Shown piece by piece: positions 10,844 through 21,000 of a stretch of 64,000 nucleotides of DNA. The stretch lies in the NCBI GenBank assembly GCA_963730605.1, contig CAVSSM010000007.1, positions 32,001 through 96,000 of the forward strand, given 5' to 3'. Numbering within the stretch: position 1 is the stretch's first letter; each line of letters begins with the position of its first letter. Under the pieces are notes generated by a model, which was given only the letters and a program-made list of their open reading frames with translations, made no database searches and was not told the DNA's origin. A program made the position numbers and the translations under genes. Source of the DNA: an uncultured Chlamydiae bacterium (lineage in GTDB: Bacteria; Chlamydiota; Chlamydiia; Chlamydiales; SM23-39).

Positions 10844-11037
10844 GGGCGCTTGTTTTGCTTGCTTTCACTTAGCCTTTTGCGGATCCAATTTTCTATCGCC
10901 GTCCGCTCGAATTTCCAGTCACGACCCATCTTAAATGCCCGGATCTCTCCGGATTTCACTAATTTATAGAGGGAAAGCCGCTTCGTCTTCAATAGGGCGC
11001 ACGCCTCTTTGGTCGTTAGGATTTCCATTTCAAACAT
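10840..11037 (-). CDS. Excisionase-family HTH DNA-binding protein
   Basis: ILTTKEACALLK...LYKLVKSGEIRAFKMGRDWKF. Confidence 0.85.
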   Translation of the reverse strand: MFEMEILTTKEACALLKTKRLSLYKLVKSGEIRAFKMGRDWKFERTAIENWIRKRLSESKQNKRP

Positions 11038-11164
11038 CCAGTATAAGCTCATTCATACATTAAAAAACTAATTCGTACAAGACGAAAATTCGCAGCCTCT
11101 CTATGATTTCATGACGAAAACATCACGTCTTCGAAAATACGAAAGCCAACAACGTGAGATCAAG

Positions 11165-11578
11165 ATGAGAGCAAGACATTTATCTATAATTATTTTTACA
11201 ACTTTTTTAAGCGGATGTGCTACCGCATATCAAAAAGAAGGGTTCTTCAATGGAGGATACTCGGAAATAGTAGCGGGACCGGATTCCTTTATTGTGACAT
11301 TTAGAGGAAATTCATCTACATCTAGAGAAAGAGTGTCGAAACTCTCTCTGCTAAGAGCTTCTGAATTGACCCTTCAAAATGGCTACAAGTATTTTGTCAT
11401 TCTTTCCTCATCTGATGCATCTTCCAGAACTAGTGTCTCTACGCCGCTTTACGGCACATATTATACAAGTACATATGAACAACCTGGGAGCAGCATCCGA
11501 ATCAAATGTTTTAAAAAAGATCCAAATCTTACAGAGGCGATTGATGCAAATTACTACTGGGCCGCGAATCACGAATAA
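11165..11578 (+). CDS. Lipoprotein (CC0125/CC1285-like)
   Basis: Lipobox LSGC; GGYSE...VTFRGNS...RASELTL..GY.YF. Confidence 0.7.
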   Translation: MRARHLSIIIFTTFLSGCATAYQKEGFFNGGYSEIVAGPDSFIVTFRGNSSTSRERVSKLSLLRASELTLQNGYKYFVILSSSDASSRTSVSTPLYGTYYTSTYEQPGSSIRIKCFKKDPNLTEAIDANYYWAANHE

Positions 11579-11653
11579 ATGGCCTCAATTCATCAAAACT
11601 CGGCCGGCTGTAGGGCAAGATTGCGGCCTTCCTACTGATTTTCCTAGAAGGCA

Positions 11654-12031
11654 TCAAGCGTGCAATCTTTTTAGATTTGTGTTCTTCGTAACATGAATCG
11701 ATGGAATGACTGCCTTCCCCAAAGTCGGTTTGATCTCAAGATCGCATCCCAGGCAAATCAGATAATTCATTAATCTCTCGATTGTAAATTCTGATAACAG
11801 ACCTCTCACAATCCTTGAAACCTTGGGTTGGTCTACTTTCATTAATTTTGCGGCCTGTGACTGAGTTAATTTTCTCTGTTTAATGATTTTTCTAATCAAT
11901 AATGCAAGGTCAGACTTTGCGTTCGCTTCTTTTGGATGTTTAAAGCCAAAATCTTCAAATATATTGCCCGAGCTAACTTCGTACTCAACTTTCTCGGATA
12001 TAAGTTCTTTAACTTTTCTTTTTCTTCCCAT
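11654..12031 (-). CDS. XRE-family HTH antitoxin
   Basis: SSGNIFEDFG, LTQSQAA...DQPKVS; downstream of the toxin gene. Confidence 0.85.
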   Translation of the reverse strand: MGRKRKVKELISEKVEYEVSSGNIFEDFGFKHPKEANAKSDLALLIRKIIKQRKLTQSQAAKLMKVDQPKVSRIVRGLLSEFTIERLMNYLICLGCDLEIKPTLGKAVIPSIHVTKNTNLKRLHA

Positions 12032-12389
12032 ACTGCTCCTTATAAATTTGATCTGCCCATTTGATCCTTTGCTCAATTAATTCTTTATCTTCTTTTGGAA
12101 CTTCTGATCTCTTTTTGCTCTTTTTTTGAAAAATGTGAATCACAAAAACCACTTCCTTATAGCGTACCGTGTACACCTCTCTAAATGTAGAATTACGATA
12201 ATCGCCTACCACTTCAAAAACACCGCTCCCATGATGCCTGTATGACTTTGCATCTTCGTGCGTTTCTCCATTGAGAGCTAGCTTCAAGGCGGTTGAAAAT
12301 AAATCTTTTATCTCTTGCGGCAGCTTCTCAGCATCCTTTTTTGAAGACCCCAGGTAAATAAGGTCTCGGTTCTTTTTAGGGTCGCTCAT
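12009..12389 (-). CDS. RelE/ParE-like (Gp49-type) toxin
   Basis: GVFEV...TFREVYTV...VIHIFQKKSK. Confidence 0.85.
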   Translation of the reverse strand: MSDPKKNRDLIYLGSSKKDAEKLPQEIKDLFSTALKLALNGETHEDAKSYRHHGSGVFEVVGDYRNSTFREVYTVRYKEVVFVIHIFQKKSKKRSEVPKEDKELIEQRIKWADQIYKEQYGKKKKS

Positions 12390-12409
12390 TCCTATTCCTT
12401 ATATTCTAT

Positions 12410-12438
12410 ATTATGCCACTACTAGCATAATTTGTCAA
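12410..12438 (-). promoter_or_regulatory. TA promoter with overlapping operator palindrome
   Basis: Minus strand TTGACA-17-CATAAT; inverted repeat TTATGC-N8-GCATAA at 12411-12430. Confidence 0.65.
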
Positions 12439-12488
12439 TGCTTTGTTGTAAAATTCATGTCGTTTTAATTGGCATAACTGGCTTGTTG

Positions 12489-13046
12489 TCATGGCTTTAA
12501 GTATTGATATACCGTCTCTCTTGTTATCCCGAAATCCTTTGCTATCCTGGTCTTGGATACTCCCAGCCTATTTTTCTCCTTCAGATCGGCCACTTGTGCC
12601 GCCGTGAGCTTTGGCCTTCCTCCTCGATAGAGTCCCTTTGCCTTCGCGATGGCAATCCCTTCCCTTTGCCGCTCCAACATCAGGGATCGCTCGAATTGAG
12701 CGAAAGCTCCCATCATGTCGAGCATTAGCTGGGACATTGGATCGGCTATTCCCTTCGAGAAGGTCAGATTCTCTTTCAGAAACTTCACCACAACGCCCTT
12801 ATCCGTCAGCGTCTTTACCGTGTTTCTCAAATCCCCAAGATTTCTTGCCAACCGATCCAGGCTATGCACCGTCAGCGTGTCGCCGTCTCTTAAAAACTTC
12901 ATCATTTCATCAAACTGCGGACGATCGAGGTCTTTGCCCGAACACTTATCCTCGAACAGGCGATCAAATTCTAAGCCGTCGAGCTGTCTGTCCAGCGTTT
13001 GCGTCGCCATGCTCACTCTTCGATATCCAATATTTTTCCCCAACAC
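12489..13046 (-). CDS. Serine resolvase/invertase
   Basis: GYRRVS, SLDRLARN, ERQREGI and a C-terminal HTH. Confidence 0.93.
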   Translation of the reverse strand: MLGKNIGYRRVSMATQTLDRQLDGLEFDRLFEDKCSGKDLDRPQFDEMMKFLRDGDTLTVHSLDRLARNLGDLRNTVKTLTDKGVVVKFLKENLTFSKGIADPMSQLMLDMMGAFAQFERSLMLERQREGIAIAKAKGLYRGGRPKLTAAQVADLKEKNRLGVSKTRIAKDFGITRETVYQYLKP

Positions 13047-13262
13047 GAGCTTTCTCCTTTTTGAACGGAGAGAATATAAGATGTGGGCGCAAAAATGTCC
13101 AATGAATGCGAAAACAGACTTTCATCTGACGCATTTTGGATTGTTAGGACAGATCATGGTCTGATCTTACACTGAAAAATGGATCATTTTTTCAAAATCA
13201 ATCTGATTATAAATTTTTATTCTTCTGATATAATCGAATAAGCAACACAAATTAGGTAAATT

Positions 13263-13952
13263 ATGCCTCAGATACAAATCTTGCCATACGTCCCATCTTT
13301 CGGAGAGCAACTCGCTCCAGTTCTAGCCCAAGCCCTCGGCGATGTCGGAAAGGGATTGCTACAACGCTCCGTAAATAAGAGAGATGAGACGATCATCGGC
13401 AAAATGTTTTCTCCAGATCTGACGGATCTCCAAAGAATCGAGCTTTCCTTGAAACTCTCACCAGAGCGCCGGGATTCATTTTACAAGGCTGTTGGCGCAT
13501 CGACCAAGGCAGAACAATTCGGCTACCAAAAATCTAGGGAAAAGCGTCTCGCCCATGCAGATCTTCTTGGCGCTTACGACAAAAAAATTTCTCAGATCAA
13601 CAACGACCTGAAGGAAACTGCGAGTAGGGAAGAGCGCAAGCGGCTTCGGGATCTGAAGGATAATCTCACAAGGGAACAAGCAGCAAACAGAACCCGCCTC
13701 CGGGGCGGAGAGCAGCCCGAATTTAAATATCTCGAAATGCAAGAGGCTCAAGCTCCCGCGCAAGCACCTCAGCCAATCCAACCCCAGACAGCCGCACCCC
13801 AGCCACAAGCCCCCATGACGCAGCCTATGGCACAAAGGATAAAATGGGACCCAAGAAACCCCGATCACATTGCCAGGCGAAATGCGGTACTGAATCAGGT
13901 TGGCAACAATCGCCAAGCTGCCCAACAGATTTTATCTGAGGAATTTGAGTAA
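13263..13952 (+). CDS. Gln-rich helical protein, putative DNA ejection/internal virion protein
   Basis: Q/A/P-rich, coiled-coil, translationally coupled to the 1570-aa protein. Confidence 0.5.
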   Translation: MPQIQILPYVPSFGEQLAPVLAQALGDVGKGLLQRSVNKRDETIIGKMFSPDLTDLQRIELSLKLSPERRDSFYKAVGASTKAEQFGYQKSREKRLAHADLLGAYDKKISQINNDLKETASREERKRLRDLKDNLTREQAANRTRLRGGEQPEFKYLEMQEAQAPAQAPQPIQPQTAAPQPQAPMTQPMAQRIKWDPRNPDHIARRNAVLNQVGNNRQAAQQILSEEFE

Positions 13953-16900
13953 TGGCAACGGCTCCAGATTTCTTCTCTGATCTTTCACAAAAACCAGAAG
14001 CGAATAAATTTTTCTCCGACATTCCTCAACAAGCCCCGGTTGTGAAGCCCAAGACGTCGCCAACCATGCAGATGGCTCCTGTGAATTTCTTTGCCGATTT
14101 AGAAGGGCAGCCATCCCTCCAAGATCAGCAAGCAAAGCCTCCCGGTTTTTTAGATAGGCTCGGTCAAGCATTTGCATATCAAATGCAATCTGGAGGACCC
14201 GCCGGCGCACCCTCTCTTTCTCCTGATCAAGCTAAGAAAGTTGCTGCCGAAGCCGGAACTCAAATTGCCATAGGAGAAGCATTCGCCCCATTGAAGATAC
14301 TGGCAACCGCATCGAAATACGCCCCTGGATTCCTTCGCTCCCTCGTCAACATCTCTCAGGCCGGAACCACAGGCGCCGCCATTCCAGCCGTCGAATCGCT
14401 CACGGAGAAAGGGGAATTGCCATCCAAGGGAGAATTGCTCAAACACGGAGCCATTTGGGCGGGGATTGACGCGGCAATCCAACTCACTCATGCCGGCGCT
14501 GAATTCGGTGTGATCGTCAATAAACTCAAAGCTGAAACCGGCCTTCCTACGCGTGAAGTTCTCAACCGCTTATGGCAGGGAGCGAAAAAACATTACGGCT
14601 GGAAGCATCCTCCAACCGATCCTGAAACTGGGGCCGCTATCATCGCCCCAGAGCAGATCGAAGCAATGGCCGATCTTGCTGTGAAAGAGCCGGAGACGAT
14701 CATTGAAGCTACGGTCAAAGAAAAAGGTCCTTCCCCAATACCCGAGCCAAAGGCTGCCCAAGAGCCGAAAGTGCGTGATTTCGAAAATATTGACGATGTT
14801 CGGGCGATGCTTTCAGATACCGACAAGAAAATCAAAGCACTTGAGGCACTAGGGCCCAGAGCTAATGCAAACGATGAAAGATTGCTCAATACACTGAGGA
14901 AAACCCGCCCTGGTTTGGTTGAAGTGTTGAAAGAACTAGAAACTAGAGGCAAGCCGTCCTATCTGGAGCCAGAGCCAGAAAAGTCCGTCACGACCGAAGC
15001 GCCTAAGCCAGTATCCGGCTATGTTCGGAAGCCAGAACCAAAAACCGTTCCAGAAAAGATTGCTCACTTATCGCAGAAGGTGAAAGAGAGCGAAGCCCAT
15101 GTCGAAAACATGCGCGAAGCCATAGATCAGCAAAAACAACTCATCGAAGACCTAAAGAAGAGAGAAAGCCAACTATCTCCCATTTCTTACCTACACCCTA
15201 CCAAAGAACAAAGAGACACCGAGCTGAGGAAAGCGAAAGAAAGAGGCGAGATCAAGGCATCCATCATGGGAGCAAAGGACAATCTGGAACAAAAAAGAGA
15301 TGGCTTGTCCTCTGAGAAAGACTATCTTGCCCAGCTGAAAGCCGGGCTAAGAGACTTAAAAGAAAAAAAAGAGGCATCCCGCTACGAAGTTCCACTGGGA
15401 AGAGGCGGTGCTTTAGAGAAAAAAGTCCGTATAAGGCCAGCCGAGAAGGAATTGGCAGAGAAGCAACCCAGCATCATGGGCAAGAAACAGGCGATCGCCC
15501 GCAGTGAAATTCTCAACCTGTTCCGCAAAGCATTCACCGATCCTATCCGTCTAGGTAAATTCGGACAGCGGGCATCAGGCATCCACAAACTGTGGTCCAG
15601 AGTCACCCGCCTCCTCAAGGACAACGATATCGAGACGGCGGCGCATGAGATCGGACATAACTTGCATACGACCCTATACGGCGGGGATGCCAAAACTCAT
15701 GTCGAACAGAGAGAAAACATCAATGCCGCCCTCCGTCCCTACCTCGACGAGCTGAAACCGCTCGCCCTCTATGAACCTTTTGGCATGGAAGGGTTCGCCG
15801 AGTTCACCCGTCTATATGTCACTAACCCGGACACGGCTCTAAAACTGGCCCCAAAGTTTTACGCCAAGTTCGACGCCGACCTGGAGGCACAATATCCCGA
15901 GCTACGCAACGCTCTTTTGGAAGCGCGAGACTACTACGAGCAGTACTTGCAAGGCACACCAGAATCGCGTATTCGTGCCCAAACCGACTATGGCGACGAT
16001 TCTTCTAAACTCGACAATCTGGTTGATTGGGTGAAATCCAGCCTTGACATGGACAAGCTGAAGACAAACTTCCTAGACGATGTCTTCCCGGCAAAGCGGT
16101 TGGTCGCAGAGGCGTTCGGAATATCCTTGTCCGAGGTTGAGAACCTCAAAGACCCGCGCAACCTCTATCGCTCTCTCCGCGTCCTGAAAGGGGCGATAGG
16201 AAGGGCTGATGTCTTCCTCACTCACGAGACCTTCGATGCCAAGACTCTGAAGCGAAAAGGAAGGGGCCTGCGCCAGATCCTCCGCAAGCTCAAAACTCCC
16301 GAGGAGTACAAGGAATTTAACGATTATTTGATCGCCCGCAGAGTTATGGAAAAAGGAAAACAGAACATCGAGACGGGGATCAACTACGGCGATGCCATCG
16401 TAACGGAAAGGAACCTGGCTCCAAAATATAAGAAACTAGCTGTCCTCCTGGATCATTACAATGATGCGCTCCTCACCTATGCCCGAGATGGTGGGGTTCT
16501 CTCCAATGAGCAGTATGCAGCCATCAAGAAAGCGAACATGATGTATGTCCCATTCCAGCGCGTCATCGAGAAACCAGCTGGGGTAGCGGCAATAGGCGGA
16601 CGGCTGCAAGCCGGAAAGCCGATCAAGCGCATGAAAGGCAGCACGCGGGATATAATTGCCCCTATAGAATCTGTCATCAAGAATACATACGCGATCATCG
16701 TCAACGCCGAGAAGAATCTTTCCGGCCAAGCGCTTGCAGAATTGGCAAAAATGAGAGGAATTGGACGGCTTGTGGAATATGTGCCCGCTCCAATAGAACT
16801 CAAGGCCAAGATTTCGCGGGAAGAAGCGCTCAAGCAGATGGAAGCTCTGCTAAAACAGAGCGGCTGGATTACCGAAGGCGGCGGTGGCTTAGGCGAGGAA

Positions 16901-18664
16901 AAGCTTGAGGACTTTGGGATTAAGCTCGCTGAAATCATGCCTGATTTCTTCTTGCGCTTCGGTCCAGGCACTTATCCTGCCGGGGAAAACATCATCACCG
17001 TATTCCATGAAGGCAAGCCGAGCTACTTTGAAGTTTCCCCAGAGATTTACCAGATGTGGACGAAGGGGATCGCTCCTTACACCGCCGACATCATCACCAA
17101 AATCCTCCGCATTCCAGCCAGGGCATTGCGCGCCGGTGCCATTCTCAACCCAAAATTCATGATGAAAAACATCGTGCGCGATACATGGGGCGGCTTTCTC
17201 TTCACCAAGTATGGGAAGAACATCAAGGACCCCCCTGCGCTGTTCCTGGACACTCTTTACGCCCCGCTTGCTCAATTGGGCATCGCAGCCAAACAAGCCA
17301 AGCTCTACGTCGAATGGATGAAATCGGGCGGCGGCATGTCTACCATGCAGTCGATGGATCGGGAAGCGATTATCAAGAAGCTCAAAGAAGTGCGAGACGG
17401 GTTGCAACCGCACCAAGTGATCCGGTGGCTCAGAAAGGTCGCCGAAATCTCGGAAGAGGCTAATCGGCTTGCTGAGTTCGGCCGCGCTTTGAATGTAGAG
17501 GGAGAGACGCGCTTGGGTAAAGAAATCGCCGCTTTCGCTTCCCGAGACCTGAGCATTGATTTCGCTAAGATGGGTCTGCAAACCAAGGCGTTAAACCAGA
17601 TCATCCCTTTCTGGAATGCAACTGTACAAGGCGGAGACAAGCTCATCAGAACGCTCGCCAGCGACCAGGATCGAGCCGAATTCATTGCCAGGGCAGTTGG
17701 GTTCATCCTCATCCCATCGCTAATCCTCGCCTGGATGAACCAGGATGATGAACGGGTCAAAGAATTCTACGAAGAAGAGAAAGACTTCAACTTCATCTCC
17801 TTCATCGGCGATACTGCTATCAAGATCCCCGTCCCCTTCGAAACCGGAGTCCTCGTCCACGGCCTGACGCAGCGTATGTATAACCACTTCATCAAGAAAG
17901 ATCCCCATGCCTTCGAAGGGTTCATAGGCAGCATTGCCTCTGCCATGCTCCCGAACTTCGTGCCCGCTTTCGCTAATCCGTTCGTAGAAGCGGCGGCGAA
18001 CCGGAATTTCTTTACCGGCGCGCCTATCATTCCTCGGGCTAAAGAAGGGCTAGTAGCCAAGTACCAATACAAGAATAACAGCTCGGCGACCGCCAGGCTT
18101 CTTGGCCGCGCCATGACCTACATGATGGGCCAGGACACGCGATCGAAAGCCGCCTCTCCTGCCGTCATCGACCACTTCATAAATTCGTGGGGAGCGGGCC
18201 TTGGACGGCTTGTCGTCTCTCTTGCCGATGCTGGATTGGAAGCCGCTGGACTGAGCGATAAGATCCCAGGGCCGGAGAAGACCATTACAGAAAGACTGGG
18301 TCTCGATGCGTTCGTTTCCCGGTACCCAAGAGCGTCTGCTAGGAACATCGAGAAGTTCTACGACATGTATGCCGATGCCACAGCTCGGCGCCGCTCCATT
18401 AAACAGGCTGAGAAGGTCGAGCTTGAGGAGCCGGAAGCGATCGAAGAGGCTTATGAGCGGGTCGAATCGCTTTACGACTACCCGACCTTACAGCGAGCCT
18501 ACAAGGCCATGCAGAAGAACCAGCGGGCGATCAACGAGATTTGGCAGAACCCCGATATCGACGAGAAGACCAAGAGGACCATGATCGACGATCTTTACTT
18601 GCAGCAAATCCAGTTCGCCAAAGAAGCCGTTGAGGATATCGAGAAATATCGCCTTGCTGGCTAA
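13952..18664 (+). CDS. Large polyvalent/ejection-type protein with zincin motif and LPD38-like C-terminus
   Basis: N-terminal FFxD repeats, coiled coil, HEIGH...EGFAE, C-terminal DFAKMG...IIPFWNA...KIPVPFE. Confidence 0.7.
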   Translation: MATAPDFFSDLSQKPEANKFFSDIPQQAPVVKPKTSPTMQMAPVNFFADLEGQPSLQDQQAKPPGFLDRLGQAFAYQMQSGGPAGAPSLSPDQAKKVAAEAGTQIAIGEAFAPLKILATASKYAPGFLRSLVNISQAGTTGAAIPAVESLTEKGELPSKGELLKHGAIWAGIDAAIQLTHAGAEFGVIVNKLKAETGLPTREVLNRLWQGAKKHYGWKHPPTDPETGAAIIAPEQIEAMADLAVKEPETIIEATVKEKGPSPIPEPKAAQEPKVRDFENIDDVRAMLSDTDKKIKALEALGPRANANDERLLNTLRKTRPGLVEVLKELETRGKPSYLEPEPEKSVTTEAPKPVSGYVRKPEPKTVPEKIAHLSQKVKESEAHVENMREAIDQQKQLIEDLKKRESQLSPISYLHPTKEQRDTELRKAKERGEIKASIMGAKDNLEQKRDGLSSEKDYLAQLKAGLRDLKEKKEASRYEVPLGRGGALEKKVRIRPAEKELAEKQPSIMGKKQAIARSEILNLFRKAFTDPIRLGKFGQRASGIHKLWSRVTRLLKDNDIETAAHEIGHNLHTTLYGGDAKTHVEQRENINAALRPYLDELKPLALYEPFGMEGFAEFTRLYVTNPDTALKLAPKFYAKFDADLEAQYPELRNALLEARDYYEQYLQGTPESRIRAQTDYGDDSSKLDNLVDWVKSSLDMDKLKTNFLDDVFPAKRLVAEAFGISLSEVENLKDPRNLYRSLRVLKGAIGRADVFLTHETFDAKTLKRKGRGLRQILRKLKTPEEYKEFNDYLIARRVMEKGKQNIETGINYGDAIVTERNLAPKYKKLAVLLDHYNDALLTYARDGGVLSNEQYAAIKKANMMYVPFQRVIEKPAGVAAIGGRLQAGKPIKRMKGSTRDIIAPIESVIKNTYAIIVNAEKNLSGQALAELAKMRGIGRLVEYVPAPIELKAKISREEALKQMEALLKQSGWITEGGGGLGEEKLEDFGIKLAEIMPDFFLRFGPGTYPAGENIITVFHEGKPSYFEVSPEIYQMWTKGIAPYTADIITKILRIPARALRAGAILNPKFMMKNIVRDTWGGFLFTKYGKNIKDPPALFLDTLYAPLAQLGIAAKQAKLYVEWMKSGGGMSTMQSMDREAIIKKLKEVRDGLQPHQVIRWLRKVAEISEEANRLAEFGRALNVEGETRLGKEIAAFASRDLSIDFAKMGLQTKALNQIIPFWNATVQGGDKLIRTLASDQDRAEFIARAVGFILIPSLILAWMNQDDERVKEFYEEEKDFNFISFIGDTAIKIPVPFETGVLVHGLTQRMYNHFIKKDPHAFEGFIGSIASAMLPNFVPAFANPFVEAAANRNFFTGAPIIPRAKEGLVAKYQYKNNSSATARLLGRAMTYMMGQDTRSKAASPAVIDHFINSWGAGLGRLVVSLADAGLEAAGLSDKIPGPEKTITERLGLDAFVSRYPRASARNIEKFYDMYADATARRRSIKQAEKVELEEPEAIEEAYERVESLYDYPTLQRAYKAMQKNQRAINEIWQNPDIDEKTKRTMIDDLYLQQIQFAKEAVEDIEKYRLAG

Positions 18665-18696
18665 TGCCGGATGCAAGGCGATTTTTATCAAAGACT

Positions 18697-19395
18697 TCAA
18701 GAGCTGGGTTTTAAATGTAGAGAGAGTCTTTGATCAATCTGGTTGCGGAGCGCTTTGACGAGTTCCTCCGCAAACCAATCAGGTCGATTATAGTGAGGGC
18801 CAATGCTCGCCAGGCAGATGGTGGTTGCCTGGGAAGGTGGAACATCACAACTGCTTGCCAAAAATCGTCCCGCAAAGCGCAACAGTTCTGTCACGGCTGC
18901 GGCTTTATTTGCATCGCTCAAATTTGATAGCTTGTATCCAGAGATGAAATGAGCCGCTAAAGCTCGTGTGTCTTCGAGCTCTGCCTTATAATCGCTCATG
19001 TATTTAGCTGGATCGGATGTGGTCATCAAACCTTGAGGCCTCCAGGAGGCATCAACGTCATTTTTAAGCTGATCAACTCCGTAACAAAGATCCGCGTCAA
19101 TTTGTTTGAGAGCTTGTTCTGCGCGTTCATAATGTTCATCTGTCCATCCAGAGGGGAGATCGATAGCTTTGTCAAGAGAGTATTGGACGTCTTGGGACGT
19201 TATTGACTGCTGTTTAAATGTCGACACCTGAGATTGCCATTTACGGAAGATATTGTCGGCATCACGTTTGAGCTGTTCTTTTTTGCGGAAACGTACCTGT
19301 TTTTCTACATTTGATATCTGGGTCATAACGAATTTTCTCCATGGTTTACTAACTTTTGAAGAAATACCATAACCAAGAAAGCTCGGAATTGTCAA
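18697..19395 (-). CDS. Hypothetical protein (true start may be ~19326)
   Basis: Long ORF; no recognised motif. Confidence 0.55.
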   Translation of the reverse strand: MTIPSFLGYGISSKVSKPWRKFVMTQISNVEKQVRFRKKEQLKRDADNIFRKWQSQVSTFKQQSITSQDVQYSLDKAIDLPSGWTDEHYERAEQALKQIDADLCYGVDQLKNDVDASWRPQGLMTTSDPAKYMSDYKAELEDTRALAAHFISGYKLSNLSDANKAAAVTELLRFAGRFLASSCDVPPSQATTICLASIGPHYNRPDWFAEELVKALRNQIDQRLSLHLKPSS

Positions 19396-19398
19396 CCT

Positions 19399-19611
19399 TT
19401 ACGTAAGAGAGAAGAAGAGTATCGCATCTACAAGCAGCCGTAGTCCAATCGTCACCAAACAAAGGCCTGTCACTCTTCTCCATGAGAAAAAAGGCATAAG
19501 CTTTTTGAAATCAAACATGTGTATCCCGCTGCACAAGCATAATGATCCTAAAAATATCCTCACCAGCAAGAGGATTATCATTCCTAAAGGACTGAGCATT
19601 ATTTCTTTCAT
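19399..19611 (-). CDS. Small two-TM membrane protein
   Basis: 70 aa with two hydrophobic segments. Confidence 0.55.
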   Translation of the reverse strand: MKEIMLSPLGMIILLLVRIFLGSLCLCSGIHMFDFKKLMPFFSWRRVTGLCLVTIGLRLLVDAILFFSLT

Positions 19612-19619
19612 TGAACCGC

Positions 19620-19949
19620 CTAGCTTGATTTTTTCTTGTTTTTGAATACGTCAATCACCCCACAACCAACGTAGCACAGGAGTCTCAGGAGCTCTGCGTC
19701 GACTTTATCGCAGGCATTCATGCATTTAATGAAACCATCCCGCTGCCAATCAGTCATGCCAGGAACAGGTTTGCCCATGCTTGGCATGGATTTGCCTTCT
19801 ACAGCAGGAACATTAGATAGCGCATACAAAGCAACGAGCGGCACTGATAGTTTTGAAATAGCGCTGGCTACTTGAAGCAATGCGGGCGCTGCTAAGGGCC
19901 CAAATACTCCGGGGCGAACTCCGTATTGAGAGATTGCTAAGGAACTCAT
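19620..19949 (-). CDS. Small Cys-containing, probably exported protein
   Basis: RBS GAGG; hydrophobic leader ending ALSNVPAVEG; two CxxxC motifs. Confidence 0.6.
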   Translation of the reverse strand: MSSLAISQYGVRPGVFGPLAAPALLQVASAISKLSVPLVALYALSNVPAVEGKSMPSMGKPVPGMTDWQRDGFIKCMNACDKVDAELLRLLCYVGCGVIDVFKNKKKSS

Positions 19950-20119
19950 GAGATCCTCAAGGTTGAAGGGTTTTAGAAAAAGGGAAGACACTAAGACACA
20001 AAAAATTTAGACGCAAGCCTAAATAAATAGTTTACAAACGTAGTATTTTTTAATTTAGTTTGAAAAATTCTGCATAGTTCTTATTGTTGATGAATTTTCA
20101 AAAGCCAAGGAGGTTTTTT

Positions 20120-20698
20120 ATGGCACTTCAAGCAGTAGGGACGAGCAACTTTCTTTCTGCATCCCTCGGAAATAACCCAATCCAAACACTCGGAATGCTC
20201 AGCATTACAATGCTGGCTGTAAACACTTTGTCAAATTTGCCAATGGCAAAAGCAGATGAAGGCGGATTCCCTTGGAGAGAATATTGCGAGGTTCAGTGCA
20301 CGCCAATTACTGGAGAAAAAACTGTCACACATCAAATCTGCGTCGAGACATGTCTAGTGGGAAAAGAAATGATTAAAACCACAACAGAACAGGCATTGAA
20401 GAATGGAAAATGGGAAGTTGTAAAACAACTCGGGAAAGTGGTGACGGCGATAAAACCAATTGGAGATGGCATAGATTGCTACTCAATTTGTAATAATCCA
20501 CTTTCAGCTGGTAGTAGGATGGCTGGAGATCTATTCATGGCTGGCTATAGTCTATGGAGCAAAAATTTACCTGATGCTGGTAGTTACGGTAAAAGTGCTG
20601 CTGCTAAAGCAGGGTGTGTTGCTCTTCTAATTACGCCAGCCGGAATTCCTGGTTGCCTGGCGTGTTGCGCAGGAACAAAGTACATCGGGGTTAATTAA
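20120..20698 (+). CDS. Cys-rich, probably exported protein
   Basis: RBS AAGGAGG; leader ending TLSNLPMAKA; several CxxxC motifs. Confidence 0.65.
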   Translation: MALQAVGTSNFLSASLGNNPIQTLGMLSITMLAVNTLSNLPMAKADEGGFPWREYCEVQCTPITGEKTVTHQICVETCLVGKEMIKTTTEQALKNGKWEVVKQLGKVVTAIKPIGDGIDCYSICNNPLSAGSRMAGDLFMAGYSLWSKNLPDAGSYGKSAAAKAGCVALLITPAGIPGCLACCAGTKYIGVN

Positions 20699-20715
20699 AA
20701 AAGGAAATGTAATTT

Positions 20716-21000
20716 ATGAAAACAGCCAATTCCATTCAGATAAGAGAACAAACGCACCACTCTAGTAATCAGATTAGTAAATTTTTAGAAAAACACCCCA
20801 TTACAAGAAAGCTTATTCTTTGTGGGTCAATTATAATTACTGGTGGATTTATCATAGCAAAACAGATCTCGTCGAGAACATTCACACCGAGCTTTACACT
20901 TCAAGAAGCAGTTGCTTTGACAGTTATGAATATCTTCTCACAGGAAATGTTGCGTTACGATCGCTCATTGGAAAACAAAAAAATCGAGCGCATCTCCTAA
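20716..21000 (+). CDS. Small membrane protein
   Basis: 94 aa with a central hydrophobic segment. Confidence 0.55.
   Translation: MKTANSIQIREQTHHSSNQISKFLEKHPITRKLILCGSIIITGGFIIAKQISSRTFTPSFTLQEAVALTVMNIFSQEMLRYDRSLENKKIERIS

Noticed and set aside
10209..13262. Capsid, portal or tail genes
   Set aside because: No ORF of suitable size or motif was recognised by eye; a profile search is still needed
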